From positions 1,050,001-1,082,000 of the forward strand of contig NC_007205.1 of NCBI RefSeq assembly GCF_000012345.1: a stretch of DNA of 32,000 nt. Direction: 5' to 3'. Origin of the DNA: Candidatus Pelagibacter ubique HTCC1062. Its GTDB lineage: Bacteria > Pseudomonadota > Alphaproteobacteria > Pelagibacterales > Pelagibacteraceae. Position 1 is the stretch's first letter; each line of letters begins with the position of its first letter. A program made the position numbers and the translations under genes. Below the pieces are notes generated by a model, which saw only the letters and a list, made by a program, of their open reading frames with translations, searched no databases and was not told the origin of the DNA. Shown here piece after piece: positions 18,467 to 28,531 of the stretch.

Positions 18467-19311
18467 TATTTTTTAGAATCCTTCCTGTTGTTTCTTCTTC
18501 TAACTATAAATTTATCTGTACTCTTATTGTCTCTAGTTTTTAATCCTTTTGCAGATTGACCTGTTGGAGATACTGGATGTCTACCACCTGCAGTTTTACC
18601 TTCACCACCTCCGTGTGGGTGATCAACAGGATTCATCACAACTCCTCTAGTATGAGGTCTTCTACCAAGCCATCTTGATCTTCCAGCTTTACCAATCTTA
18701 ATGTTTTTTTGATCTGGGTTTGAAAGCACACCAATTGTTGCCATGCATCTTGAATCAATTTTTCTAACCTCTCCAGAGGTCATTTTAATTAATGAGTAAT
18801 TTCCATCTAACCCACTGATAGTAACAGATGTACCTGCAGATCTAGCTATTTTTCCACCAGCCCCAGGTTTTAGCTCTACATTATGGATATTGATACCAAC
18901 AGGAATATCTCTAAGTGGCATACAATTTCCAACTTTAATTTCTTTTTCCGATCCATTTTCAACTTTATCGCCAACTTTAATTTTTTGAGGAGCTAAATAG
19001 TAAAAATGTTGTCCATCATCAAACTTAACTAACATGATGTAGCAAGATCTATTTGGATCATATTCAATTCTTTCGACAGTACCTGGCATGTCGATTTTCT
19101 TTCTATAGAAATCAACCAACCTATACATTTTCTTGTGTCCACCACCTGACATATTACGAGAAGTTATGTGTCCATTATTATTTCTTCCACGCATTGAATT
19201 TTTTGGCTCAACTAAAGCCTTAAATGGTTTGCCTTTCCAAAGACCAGCTCTATCAACTAAGATTGTTCCTCTTGTTGATTTTGTATACGGTTTGAATGTT
19301 TTTAATGCCAT
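18466..19311 (-). CDS. rplB: 50S ribosomal protein L2
   Basis: '[11 protein letters not shown]' and '[15 protein letters not shown]'. Confidence 0.98.
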   Translation of the reverse strand: MALKTFKPYTKSTRGTILVDRAGLWKGKPFKALVEPKNSMRGRNNNGHITSRNMSGGGHKKMYRLVDFYRKKIDMPGTVERIEYDPNRSCYIMLVKFDDGQHFYYLAPQKIKVGDKVENGSEKEIKVGNCMPLRDIPVGINIHNVELKPGAGGKIARSAGTSVTISGLDGNYSLIKMTSGEVRKIDSRCMATIGVLSNPDQKNIKIGKAGRSRWLGRRPHTRGVVMNPVDHPHGGGEGKTAGGRHPVSPTGQSAKGLKTRDNKSTDKFIVRRRNNRKDSKK

Positions 19312-19313
19312 TT

Positions 19314-19607
19314 TTAAATTCCAGATGTTAGGTCAATACTTTGACCCTTTTTAAGTGTTATTATTGCTTTTTTGTAACCTTGAACATTAACTTTTTTTCC
19401 CCTAGCTACTTTAGTTCGATTTTGTTTATTGATAATATTTATCTTCGTAACATTAACTTTAAAAATCTTTTCAATATTTTTCTTCAAATTAGTTTTGTTT
19501 GCAGCTCTTGGTACTTTAAAAACAATTTTGTTTTGTTCTGACAAGTTAGTAGTTTTCTCAGTAACCATTGGTGATAGAATTTTATCGTATAAATGTATTT
19601 TATCCAT
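19314..19607 (-). CDS. rplW: 50S ribosomal protein L23
   Basis: 'YDKILSPMVTEKT' and 'KKAIITLKKGQSID'. Lies between rplD and rplB. Confidence 0.95.
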   Translation of the reverse strand: MDKIHLYDKILSPMVTEKTTNLSEQNKIVFKVPRAANKTNLKKNIEKIFKVNVTKINIINKQNRTKVARGKKVNVQGYKKAIITLKKGQSIDLTSGI

Positions 19608-19608
19608 T

Positions 19609-20232
19609 TTAAGAATATCTCTTTTCTAGTTCTTTAATTGAACTTTCTGTAAAAACTACTTTTTTAAACTTTATAATATCAAATGCACTGAAATGATTAA
19701 TATCCGTAACTTTAACATTTGGAATATTTCTAACTGACTTTTCAATTTTCTCTTTAGATGATTTATCTAAAATGATTAATGAATTTGTAATTTCAAATTT
19801 TTTAATAATTGAATGCATTTCTTTAGTTTTTTTAATCTCATTTCCAAAATCACTAAAAATTATCAAATTATTAAGTTTATTCTTCTCAGTAATTAGTGAA
19901 GCAATACTTAGTTTTTTTTCACTTTTATTTAATTTTCTTTTTTTGTATGCCAGTTCACCTTTAGGTCCATGTGCAACACCACCACCAACGAAAATAGGTG
20001 CTTTTCTACTTGCGTGTCTAGCTCCACCAGTACCTTTTTGAGCATAAATTTTAGATGTAGATCCAGTAATCTCATTTTGTTGTTTAGTTTTTGCGTGTCT
20101 ACCTTTGTAATTAGCATTAGTTTTATATAATACGTTATCAACCAATCTTTTGTTAATTTTAGCAGAGAAAATTTTATCTAAAACTTCAATTGAATCTTTT
20201 TTACCGTCTAAGTTTAATTTATCAATTTTCAT
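19609..20232 (-). CDS. rplD: 50S ribosomal protein L4
   Basis: 'QKGTGGARHAS' and 'PIFVGGGVAHGPK'. Confidence 0.96.
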   Translation of the reverse strand: MKIDKLNLDGKKDSIEVLDKIFSAKINKRLVDNVLYKTNANYKGRHAKTKQQNEITGSTSKIYAQKGTGGARHASRKAPIFVGGGVAHGPKGELAYKKRKLNKSEKKLSIASLITEKNKLNNLIIFSDFGNEIKKTKEMHSIIKKFEITNSLIILDKSSKEKIEKSVRNIPNVKVTDINHFSAFDIIKFKKVVFTESSIKELEKRYS

Positions 20233-20942
20233 TATTTTTTCTTTTTATCTGGTGTTTTTTTAGCTTCTTCAGCAGCAGCAATTTTTTCATTAATAGTCAT
20301 TTTGTTTATAACTTTTACTGATTTTTTAACTAAGATTTCAGTATTTTTTGATCCAGGAATTGATCCTTTTAAATATAACAATTCATTTTCAATATCTGTC
20401 TTAATAATCTCTAAATTTTGCATAGTTCTAACTCTATCACCCATATGACCAGCCATTTTTTTACCTTTAAAAACTTTACCAGGATCTTGTCTTTGTCCAG
20501 TAGATCCGTGAGATCTATGTGATACAGAAACACCGTGAGTAGCTCTTAACCCACCAAAATTGTGTCTCTTCATGGCACCTGCAAAACCTTTACCAATAGT
20601 TTTTGAAGTTGTATCAACAAACTTAACTTCATTAAATATTTCAAGACCAAATTCGTTACCTTCTTTATATAATTCTGTATCTTTAACTCTAAATTCTTTT
20701 AATTTTTTCTTAGCTTCTGTATTTTTCTTTGCATACAAGCCCTTCATTGCTTTTGTAAGTTTAGATGCTTTAATTTTACCAAACCCTAATTGCACAGCTT
20801 TGTATCCACGTTTTTCTTCTTCAATAACTTGGATCACTCTAGCCTTTTCCATTTTAATAACAGTCACAGGAACTAAACGTCCTGTTTTATAGAACTCTCT
20901 AGTCATACCAATTTTTTTTCCAATTAATGCAATTTCACTCAT
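20232..20942 (-). CDS. rplC: 50S ribosomal protein L3
   Basis: 'GKKIGMTREF' and 'GFAGAMKRHNFGG'. Lys-rich C-terminal tail. Confidence 0.97.
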   Translation of the reverse strand: MSEIALIGKKIGMTREFYKTGRLVPVTVIKMEKARVIQVIEEEKRGYKAVQLGFGKIKASKLTKAMKGLYAKKNTEAKKKLKEFRVKDTELYKEGNEFGLEIFNEVKFVDTTSKTIGKGFAGAMKRHNFGGLRATHGVSVSHRSHGSTGQRQDPGKVFKGKKMAGHMGDRVRTMQNLEIIKTDIENELLYLKGSIPGSKNTEILVKKSVKVINKMTINEKIAAAEEAKKTPDKKKK

Positions 20943-20944
20943 AA

Positions 20945-21253
20945 TTAAATTTTTATCTCCACATCAACACCTGATGCTAAATCAAGTTTCATTAAAGCTT
21001 CAACAGTTTGAGGTGTTGGCTCTATAATATCTATTAATCTTTTGTGTGTTCTTGTTTCAAATTGCTCTCTACTTTTTTTATCAATGTGAGGACCTTTTAA
21101 AACGGTGTATCTTTCAATTCTAGTTGGTAAAGGTATTGGTCCTTTTATCGTGGCACCTGTTCTTTTTACAGTATTTACAATTTCTTCTGTAGATGCATCT
21201 AGAATCTTATTGTCGTATGCTCTTAATTTAATTCTTATATTTTGTTTTTCCAT
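20945..21253 (-). CDS. rpsJ: 30S ribosomal protein S10
   Basis: 'IRIKLRAYD' and '[18 protein letters not shown]'. Confidence 0.98.
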   Translation of the reverse strand: MEKQNIRIKLRAYDNKILDASTEEIVNTVKRTGATIKGPIPLPTRIERYTVLKGPHIDKKSREQFETRTHKRLIDIIEPTPQTVEALMKLDLASGVDVEIKI

Positions 21254-21258
21254 AATAA

Positions 21259-23337
21259 TTAGCCTGCAATCTTTTTAGTTACTTCATCCTGAACATTTTG
21301 TGGGACTTTAGAGTAATGATCAAAAAACATTGAATACTGAGCTCTACCTTGAGACATTGATCTTAAACTATTTATATAACCAAACATATTAGCTAAAGGA
21401 ACCATAGCTGTAATCACTGTTGCATTTCCTCTATTTTCTTGAGTACTGATTTGGCCTCTTCTACTATTCAGGTCACCAATAACATCACCCATATAATCTT
21501 CAGGTGTAACAACTTCAACTCTCATAACTGGTTCTAATAATTTCAAAGTTCCTCTAGTACAAGCTTCTTTAAAGCAAGCTCTACCTGCTAATTCAAATGC
21601 AAGAACACTTGAGTCAACATCATGATGTAATCCATCTAAAATTGTAACTTTATAATCAATCATTGGAAACCCTGCTAAAATTCCGCCATCTGAAATTGTT
21701 TCAATTCCTTTTTCAACACCAGGAATAAATTCTTTAGGAATTGCACCACCTTTAATTTTGCTTTCGACAGATCTACCTGAACCAGGCTCTTGTGGCTCAA
21801 CCAAAAGTTTAACTTTTGCAAACTGACCAGCACCACCACTTTGTTTTTTATGAGTATATTCAAATTCTGAGGCATTTTGTAATGTTTCTCTATAAGCAAC
21901 TTGAGGAGCACCTACATTTGCCTCTACATTAAATTCTCTTTTCATTCTATCGACAATAATATCAAGGTGTAACTCACCCATTCCTTTAATAATAGTTTGA
22001 CCAGATTCTTCATCTGACGTTACTCTGAATGATGGGTCTTCTTTAGCCAATCTTCCTAATGCTTCACCCATTTTTTCTTGGTCAGCTTTTGTTTTAGGTT
22101 CAACAGCAATTTCGATTACAGGTTCTGGGAACTCCATTGGTTCTAATAAAACAGGATTAGCTTCATCACAAAGAGTATGTCCTGTTATCGTATATTTTAA
22201 ACCAGCTAAAGCAACAATGTCACCCGTATTTGCTTCTTTGATATCCTCTCTTGAGTTCGCATGCATTAAAAGCATTCTACCAACTCTTTCTTCTTTATCT
22301 TTTGAAGTATTATAAACAGCAGTTCCAGTTCTAATCGTTCCCGAGTAAATTCTAATAAAAGTTAATGAACCAACAAATGGGTCATTAGCAACTTTAAATG
22401 CTAATGCAGAAAACCCTGTGCCATCATCAAATTTCATTTCAACAACATCTTCACTACCAGGTTTAGTTCCATTAATAGACCCAATATCGATCGGGCTTGG
22501 TAAGTAGTTAATTACAGCGTCAAGTAAAGGTTGAACACCTTTGTTTTTAAAAGCTGAACCTGTAGTTATTGGGACAAAACTAAAATTTAATGTTCCTTTT
22601 CTTATGCATTTTACCAAATCTTCTTCTTTGATTTCTTCCCCATTTAGGTAAGCTTCCATTAGTTTTTCATCTTGCTCTACAGCCATTTCAACTAATTCAG
22701 TTCTGTATTTTTGTGAAATTTCTTTTAAATCATCAGGAATTTCTTTGTATTCCCATTCAGCTCCTAAAGCTTCATTTTTCCAAACTTGAGCTTTCATTTT
22801 AACTAAGTCAACAACGCCAGATAAATCTGCTTCAATACCAATAGGGATTTGAATTGGTAGAGGTTTACAGCCTAATCTATCCTTAATCATTTCAACACAT
22901 CTATAAAAATCAGCACCCGTTCTATCTAACTTGTTTACAAAACAAATTCTAGGAACTTTATATTTATCAGCCTGTCTCCATACTGTTTCAGATTGAGGTT
23001 CTACACCGGCAACACCATCAAAAACACAAACAGCACCATCTAAAACTTTTAATGATCTTTCTACTTCAATCGTAAAGTCAACGTGTCCAGGCGTGTCGAT
23101 GATATTAATTCTATGATCATTCCAGAAGCAAGTTGTTGCTGCTGATGTAATCGTAATACCTCTTTCTTGTTCTTGTTCCATCCAATCCATTGTTGCAGCA
23201 CCATCATGTACTTCACCAATTTTGTGACTTTTTCCTGTGTAATATAAAATTCTCTCAGTGGTAGTTGTTTTACCAGCATCAATATGAGCCATGATACCAA
23301 TATTTCTATATTTATTTAATGTATGTGTTCTAGCCAT
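21259..23337 (-). CDS. fusA: Translation elongation factor G
   Basis: G-domain motifs 'AHIDAGKTT', 'DTPGHVDF', 'NKLD'. 692 aa. Follows rpsG. Confidence 0.98.
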
Positions 23338-23343
23338 AATTTA

Positions 23344-23814
23344 TTACCACCTAAAATGAGCAAAAGCTTTATTTGATTCTGCCATTTTATGTACATCTTC
23401 TCTTTTTTTAACTGCAGAACCTTTTTTTTCATAAGCATCATACAGTTCGTTAAAAATTTTATCTGACATGTGTTTGTCTTTTCTTTTTCTAGAAGCATCA
23501 ACTAACCACCTAATTGCAAGTGCTTGTGCACGTTTAGTTTTAACTTCAACAGGAACTTGATAAGTTGCACCACCTACTCTACGTGATCTAACTTCTACAG
23601 TAGGTTTGATGTTATTTATTGCTTCATTAAAAACATTAATGGGCTCTTCTTTTGTTTTTGATTTTATTTTTTCTATAGCTTCATAGACAATTTTTTCAGC
23701 AACTACTTTTTTGCCATCGTACATTATTGAGTTAATTAATTTAGGGATTATTGTAGAATTAAATATTGGGTCTGGAGTAACAACTTTTTTGGGTTGTGTT
23801 TTTTTTCTAGACAT
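23344..23814 (-). CDS. rpsG: 30S ribosomal protein S7
   Basis: 'SRRVGGATYQVPVEV' and C-terminal 'AFAHFRW'. Confidence 0.98.
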   Translation of the reverse strand: MSRKKTQPKKVVTPDPIFNSTIIPKLINSIMYDGKKVVAEKIVYEAIEKIKSKTKEEPINVFNEAINNIKPTVEVRSRRVGGATYQVPVEVKTKRAQALAIRWLVDASRKRKDKHMSDKIFNELYDAYEKKGSAVKKREDVHKMAESNKAFAHFRW

Positions 23815-23816
23815 AA

Positions 23817-24188
23817 TTATTTACCTTTTTTAGTTCCATACAAAGATCTACGTTTCTTTCTATTTGCAACACCTTGTGTGTCTAAGTTTCCTCTAAGGAT
23901 ATGATAACGAACACCAGGTAAATCTTTTACACGACCGCCCCTAATTAATACAACTGAGTGTTCTTGTAGATTATGACCTTCACCACCAATATAAGCTGTA
24001 ACTTCAAAACCATTAGATAGTCTAACTCTAGCAACTTTTCTTAATGCTGAGTTGGGTTTTTTAGGAGTTGTTGTGTAAACTTTTACACAAACGCCTCTCT
24101 TCAAAGGTTGTTTCTGAAGTGCAGGAACTTTATTCCTAGCAACAGGTTTAATTCTTTTTTTTCTTAACAACTGGTTAATAGTTGGCAT
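23817..24188 (-). CDS. rpsL: 30S ribosomal protein S12
   Basis: '[12 protein letters not shown]' and '[20 protein letters not shown]'. Confidence 0.98.
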   Translation of the reverse strand: MPTINQLLRKKRIKPVARNKVPALQKQPLKRGVCVKVYTTTPKKPNSALRKVARVRLSNGFEVTAYIGGEGHNLQEHSVVLIRGGRVKDLPGVRYHILRGNLDTQGVANRKKRRSLYGTKKGK

Positions 24189-24299
24189 AAATTTTTTAAA
24201 TTAATTAATATATTTTTGAGTGAAAATAACTGACAGGTTATTTTGTGGCAGCGTTTAGTTCCGTAAAGTAGGTACTACATTCCAACCAAAAACAGCGTC
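24189..24299 (-). promoter_or_regulatory. Putative ~100-nt 5' leader of rpsL with locally elevated G+C and alternative pairings (candidate r-protein leader; speculative)
   Basis: 24241-24300 counted as 25/60 G+C, against almost pure A/T at 24189-24240. Hand-folded elements are listed in the findings. No covariation data are available. Confidence 0.3.
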
Positions 24300-24327
24300 A
24301 AAATACTATTAAATCTCTGATTGTCAA
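24300..24327 (-). promoter_or_regulatory. Candidate sigma70-type promoter upstream of rpsL: TTGACA-16 bp-TATTTT
   Basis: Minus strand: perfect TTGACA at 24327-24322, TATTTT at 24305-24300, spacer counted as 16 bp. Located in the only long spacer of the array. Confidence 0.4.
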
Positions 24328-24359
24328 ACTAAAACTACAAGTTAAACGTGTTTTTTTTA

Positions 24360-27300
24360 TTAATTTGCTGGAGTTTCTGTGGTCTCTAAAGGCTCAATTT
24401 TCTCTTGCTCAGCTAAGAATTTATTATCGGCATCAATGGCATTCTTATTCCATTTGTTCTTAATGTGACCTGTTCCAGCTGGAACTAATCTACCCACAAT
24501 AACGTTCTCTTTTAAGCCATTTAAAGGGTCAACTTTACCCTTAATCGCAGCATCAGTTAAAACTCTAGTAGTTTCTTGGAATGAAGCAGCAGAAATAAAT
24601 GACTCCGTTTGAAGTGAAGCTTTAGTAATACCCATTAAAACTCTTTCACCAGATGCTGGATTCTTTCCTTCAGCAACTAGTTTTTCATTTGTATTATCAA
24701 ACTTAATTCTGTCAATCATTTCACCAGGTAAGTAAGACGAGTCGCCAGACTCTTTGATTTCAACTTTTTTAAGCATTTGTCTTAATATCGTTTCGATATG
24801 TTTGTCGTTAATAATTACACCTTGTAACCTATAAACTTCTTGTACTTGGTTAACAAAGTATTCTGTTAAATCTTTTATACCAAGTATTCTTAAAATATCA
24901 TGGGGCAATGGTTGTCCATCTAAAAGATACTCACCTTTTTTTATTTTTTCACCTTGGTTAAAATTAATATGTTTACCTTTTGGAATTAGATAGTTTGAAG
25001 GTTCACCATTATCTGGTTGTATGGAAATTCTTTGTTTTCCTCTAACTTCTTTACCAAATAAAACTTGGCCATCATTTTCTGCAATTATTGCACTGTCTTT
25101 AGCTTTTCTAGCTTCAAATAATTCTGCGACACGAGGTAATCCTCCAGTAATATCTTTTGTTTTAGTAGTTTCCTTTGGAAGTCTAGCTATTATATCACCA
25201 GCAAATATTTTTTGACCGTCTTTCACTGAAAGAATTGAATCTGGAACCAGATAATATCTGGCTTCATTATCATCAGCTTTTTTAATAACATTTCCTTTAT
25301 CATCTCTTAAAGTAATTCTTGGTTTTAAATCAGTATTTTTAGATTGAGCTCTCCAATCAATAACTGATTTAGATGAAATTCCTGTTGCATCATCAGTTGT
25401 TTCTTGAATTGAAACACCATCAATTAAATCTACATAACCAGCTATACCGCTTTTCTCTGCGATAACTGGAGTTGTATAAGGATCCCATTCACAAATTTTT
25501 TCATTTGCTTTAACTTTATCACCATTCTGGAAAAATAATTTAGAGCCGTAAGCAACTTTATAAACAGCAACTTGAACTCCATTATTATCTTCAATTGATA
25601 ATTGAGTGTTTCTTCCCATTACAATTAAATTTTTCTTAGAATCTTCTAATAGGTTAGAATTTATAATTTTTAAAGTTCCAGCTGTTTTCGTTACGATCTG
25701 AGACTCTTGTTTAACAGAAGCAGTACCACCAACGTGGAAAGTTCTCATTGTTAACTGAGTACCTGGTTCACCAATCGATTGTGCTGAAATCATACCAATT
25801 GCTTCACCAACATGAACCATTTTTCCTCTAGATAAATCTCTTCCATAACAAGTAGCACAAACACCAAGTTTAGAGCTACAAGTCATAACTGAATAAGCTT
25901 TGATAAATTTAACACCAGCTGCATCAATTTTATCGCAACCAGCTTCATCAATCATTGTTTCTTTTTTAATGACTACTTCGCCAGTGATTGGATTTTTTAC
26001 ATCGAAAGCTGTAACTCTACCAAGTGCTCTTTCTGATAAACTAACAACAACATTTCCACCTTCCAAAATTTCTGCTAATTCAATAAACCCTGGGTTATCA
26101 CACTTAATTTTAGATATAGTAAGATCTTGAGCTACGTCACAAAGTCTTCTTGTTAAATAACCCGAGCTTGCAGTTTTCAGGGCTGTATCAGCTAAACCTT
26201 TTCTGGCTCCGTGTGTTGAGTTGAAATATTCTAGTGCAGTTAAACCTTCTTTGAAATTAGAAATAATTGGTGTTTCGATAATTTCTCCAGATGGTTTTGC
26301 AATAAGACCTCTCATACCAGCCAACTGTTTCATTTGCGCAGCTGAACCTCTAGCTCCACTATCTGCCATCATAAATACTGAGTTAATCTTCATGCCATCA
26401 GGAGTACTTTCCGTAGCCGAAATACCTCTCATCATTTCACCAGCAACTTTATCTGTACATTTTGACCAAGCATCAACAACTTTGTTATATTTTTCACCTC
26501 TAGTAATTAAACCTTCTGAATATTGATTTTCATAATCTGCAATTAATTTTTTAGTATCTTCAATTAGTTGTCCTTTATTTGCAGGAATAACCAAATCATC
26601 TTTACCAAAAGAAATACCAGCTTTAAATGCATGTTTGAAACCTAAATCTTTTAAATGATCGCAAAATATAACTGTAGTCTTCTGACCACAAAATCTAAAT
26701 ACACTATCGATAATTTCTGAAACAGTTTTTTTAGGAAGCAATCTATCAATCATTGAAAAAGTAATATCTTTATGTTTTGGAAGTAAATTAGCTAATAAGA
26801 ATCTTCCAGCTGTCGTTGTGTGTTTTTCAACTCTTTTGTTTCCCTTCTCATCTAATGTTTCAAATCTAGAAACAATAGTAGAGTGAACTTTTATTTGACC
26901 TGTAGATAGCGCATGTTCAATTTCATCATTATTTATGAAGTAACCATCTGGCTTTTCAGTTTGAAAAGGCGCTTGAGATAAATAGTAAAGACCTAAGATC
27001 ATATCCTGACTTGGTACTATGATAGGTTTACCGTTTGATGGACTTAAAATATTATTTGTTGATAACATTAAAATTCTTGCTTCTAGTTGGGCTTCTAAAC
27101 TTAGAGGAACGTGAACAGCCATTTGGTCACCATCAAAGTCAGCATTAAAGGCTGCACAACATAAAGGATGAAGTTCAATTGCATCTCCTTCAATTAACTT
27201 AGGTTCAAAAGCTTGAACCCCAAGTCTGTGAAGCGTTGGTGCACGGTTTAATAAAACTGGGTGTTCTCTTACAATAAGTTCTAATGCATCCCAAACAGCA

Positions 27301-28529
27301 TTTGTTTCTTTTTCTACCAATTTTTTTGCTTGTTTGATTGTAGAAGCTAATCCTAGTTTATTTAATCTAGCATATAAGAATGGCTTAAATAATTCTAAAG
27401 CCATCTTCTTAGGCAAACCACATTCATGCAATTTAAGGTCTGGCCCTACAACAATTACAGATCTTCCTGAATAATCTACTCTTTTTCCTAGTAAGTTTTG
27501 TCTAAATCTACCTTGTTTACCTTTAAGCATCTCTGCTAAAGATTTAAGTGGACGTTTACCAGTTCCAGTAATTACTCTTCCTCTACGACCATTATCAAAT
27601 AATGCATCAACAGATTCTTGAAGCATTCTTTTCTCATTTCTAACAATGATATCTGGAGCCTTTAAATCCATTAATCTCTTAAGACGATTATTTCTGTTTA
27701 TAACTCTTCTATAAAGATCATTAAGATCTGATGTAGCAAATCTTCCACCATCTAATGGAACTAAAGGTCTTAATTCAGGTGGTATAACTGGTATTACAGT
27801 TAAAATCATCCATTCTGGCTTTTGACCAGTTTCAATAAATGACTCGATCAATTTAAGTCTCTTAATTGATCTTTCTTCATTAACTTTTGATTTTGTTTCT
27901 TTAATTGTATTAATTAAAAGCTTTCTTTCAAGCTCAAGATCCATTGATTTAAGAATAGATAAAATTGCTTCAGCTCCAATACCAGCTTCAAATGACTCTT
28001 CACCAAACTCGTCTTGGTATTTTGCTAATTCTTCTTCGTTAAGTAATTGATTTTTTTGAAGACCGGTTAAACCAGGCTCAATAACTATGAAGTTTTCAAA
28101 ATAAAGAACTCTTTCAACTTCTTTTAGCTTCATGTCAACAGCTAATGAAATTCTACTAGGTAAAGATTTTAAAAACCAAATGTGTGCAACAGGAGTAGCA
28201 AGGTTTATGTGACCCATTCTCTCCCTTCTTACATTAGATTTTGTTACTTCAACTCCACATTTTTCACAAATAATTCCTCTAAACTTCATACGCTTGTACT
28301 TACCGCACAAACATTCGTAATCTTTTATTGGTCCAAAAATTCTAGCACAAAACAAACCATCTTTTTCTGGTCTAAAAGTTCTATAGTTAATAGTTTCAGG
28401 TTTTTTAATTTCACCATATGTCCAAGATTTAATTTTTTCAGGGCTAGCTAAAGTAATTTTAATGCTATTAAAATTTTGTGCTTCAGAAACTTCACTATTT
28501 TTAAATAAATCTGTTAATTCTTTTTTCAT
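24360..28529 (-). CDS. rpoC: DNA-directed RNA polymerase subunit beta'
   Basis: Zinc-binding '[23 protein letters not shown]' and catalytic 'NADFDGDQM'. 1389 aa. Confidence 0.99.
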   Translation of the reverse strand: MKKELTDLFKNSEVSEAQNFNSIKITLASPEKIKSWTYGEIKKPETINYRTFRPEKDGLFCARIFGPIKDYECLCGKYKRMKFRGIICEKCGVEVTKSNVRRERMGHINLATPVAHIWFLKSLPSRISLAVDMKLKEVERVLYFENFIVIEPGLTGLQKNQLLNEEELAKYQDEFGEESFEAGIGAEAILSILKSMDLELERKLLINTIKETKSKVNEERSIKRLKLIESFIETGQKPEWMILTVIPVIPPELRPLVPLDGGRFATSDLNDLYRRVINRNNRLKRLMDLKAPDIIVRNEKRMLQESVDALFDNGRRGRVITGTGKRPLKSLAEMLKGKQGRFRQNLLGKRVDYSGRSVIVVGPDLKLHECGLPKKMALELFKPFLYARLNKLGLASTIKQAKKLVEKETNAVWDALELIVREHPVLLNRAPTLHRLGVQAFEPKLIEGDAIELHPLCCAAFNADFDGDQMAVHVPLSLEAQLEARILMLSTNNILSPSNGKPIIVPSQDMILGLYYLSQAPFQTEKPDGYFINNDEIEHALSTGQIKVHSTIVSRFETLDEKGNKRVEKHTTTAGRFLLANLLPKHKDITFSMIDRLLPKKTVSEIIDSVFRFCGQKTTVIFCDHLKDLGFKHAFKAGISFGKDDLVIPANKGQLIEDTKKLIADYENQYSEGLITRGEKYNKVVDAWSKCTDKVAGEMMRGISATESTPDGMKINSVFMMADSGARGSAAQMKQLAGMRGLIAKPSGEIIETPIISNFKEGLTALEYFNSTHGARKGLADTALKTASSGYLTRRLCDVAQDLTISKIKCDNPGFIELAEILEGGNVVVSLSERALGRVTAFDVKNPITGEVVIKKETMIDEAGCDKIDAAGVKFIKAYSVMTCSSKLGVCATCYGRDLSRGKMVHVGEAIGMISAQSIGEPGTQLTMRTFHVGGTASVKQESQIVTKTAGTLKIINSNLLEDSKKNLIVMGRNTQLSIEDNNGVQVAVYKVAYGSKLFFQNGDKVKANEKICEWDPYTTPVIAEKSGIAGYVDLIDGVSIQETTDDATGISSKSVIDWRAQSKNTDLKPRITLRDDKGNVIKKADDNEARYYLVPDSILSVKDGQKIFAGDIIARLPKETTKTKDITGGLPRVAELFEARKAKDSAIIAENDGQVLFGKEVRGKQRISIQPDNGEPSNYLIPKGKHINFNQGEKIKKGEYLLDGQPLPHDILRILGIKDLTEYFVNQVQEVYRLQGVIINDKHIETILRQMLKKVEIKESGDSSYLPGEMIDRIKFDNTNEKLVAEGKNPASGERVLMGITKASLQTESFISAASFQETTRVLTDAAIKGKVDPLNGLKENVIVGRLVPAGTGHIKNKWNKNAIDADNKFLAEQEKIEPLETTETPAN

Positions 28530-28531
28530 AT

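Noticed and set aside
21675-21911. Same-strand, out-of-frame ORFs nested in fusA (21675-21911, 23061-23300), spanning the fusA start and rpsG 3' end (23316-23501), in rplD (19929-20141) and in rpoB (28681-28875).
   Set aside because: Short (61-79 aa), with no motifs, embedded in genes under strong constraint. A low stop-codon density in alternative frames of long ORFs is enough to explain them.
24271-24295. T-arm-like string GGTTGGAAT on the minus strand in the rpoC-rpsL spacer, considered as a possible tRNA or tRNA remnant.
   Set aside because: No acceptor stem, anticodon arm or D-arm can be drawn around it, and the T-stem partner is missing. It is treated as part of the putative leader instead.
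24331-24359. Possible intrinsic terminator right after rpoC (AAAAC ... GTTTT followed by a T/A run).
   Set aside because: Only a 5-bp A/T-dominated stem with a 14-nt loop, and the run on the coding strand is A8, not U. It does not meet the usual terminator criteria.
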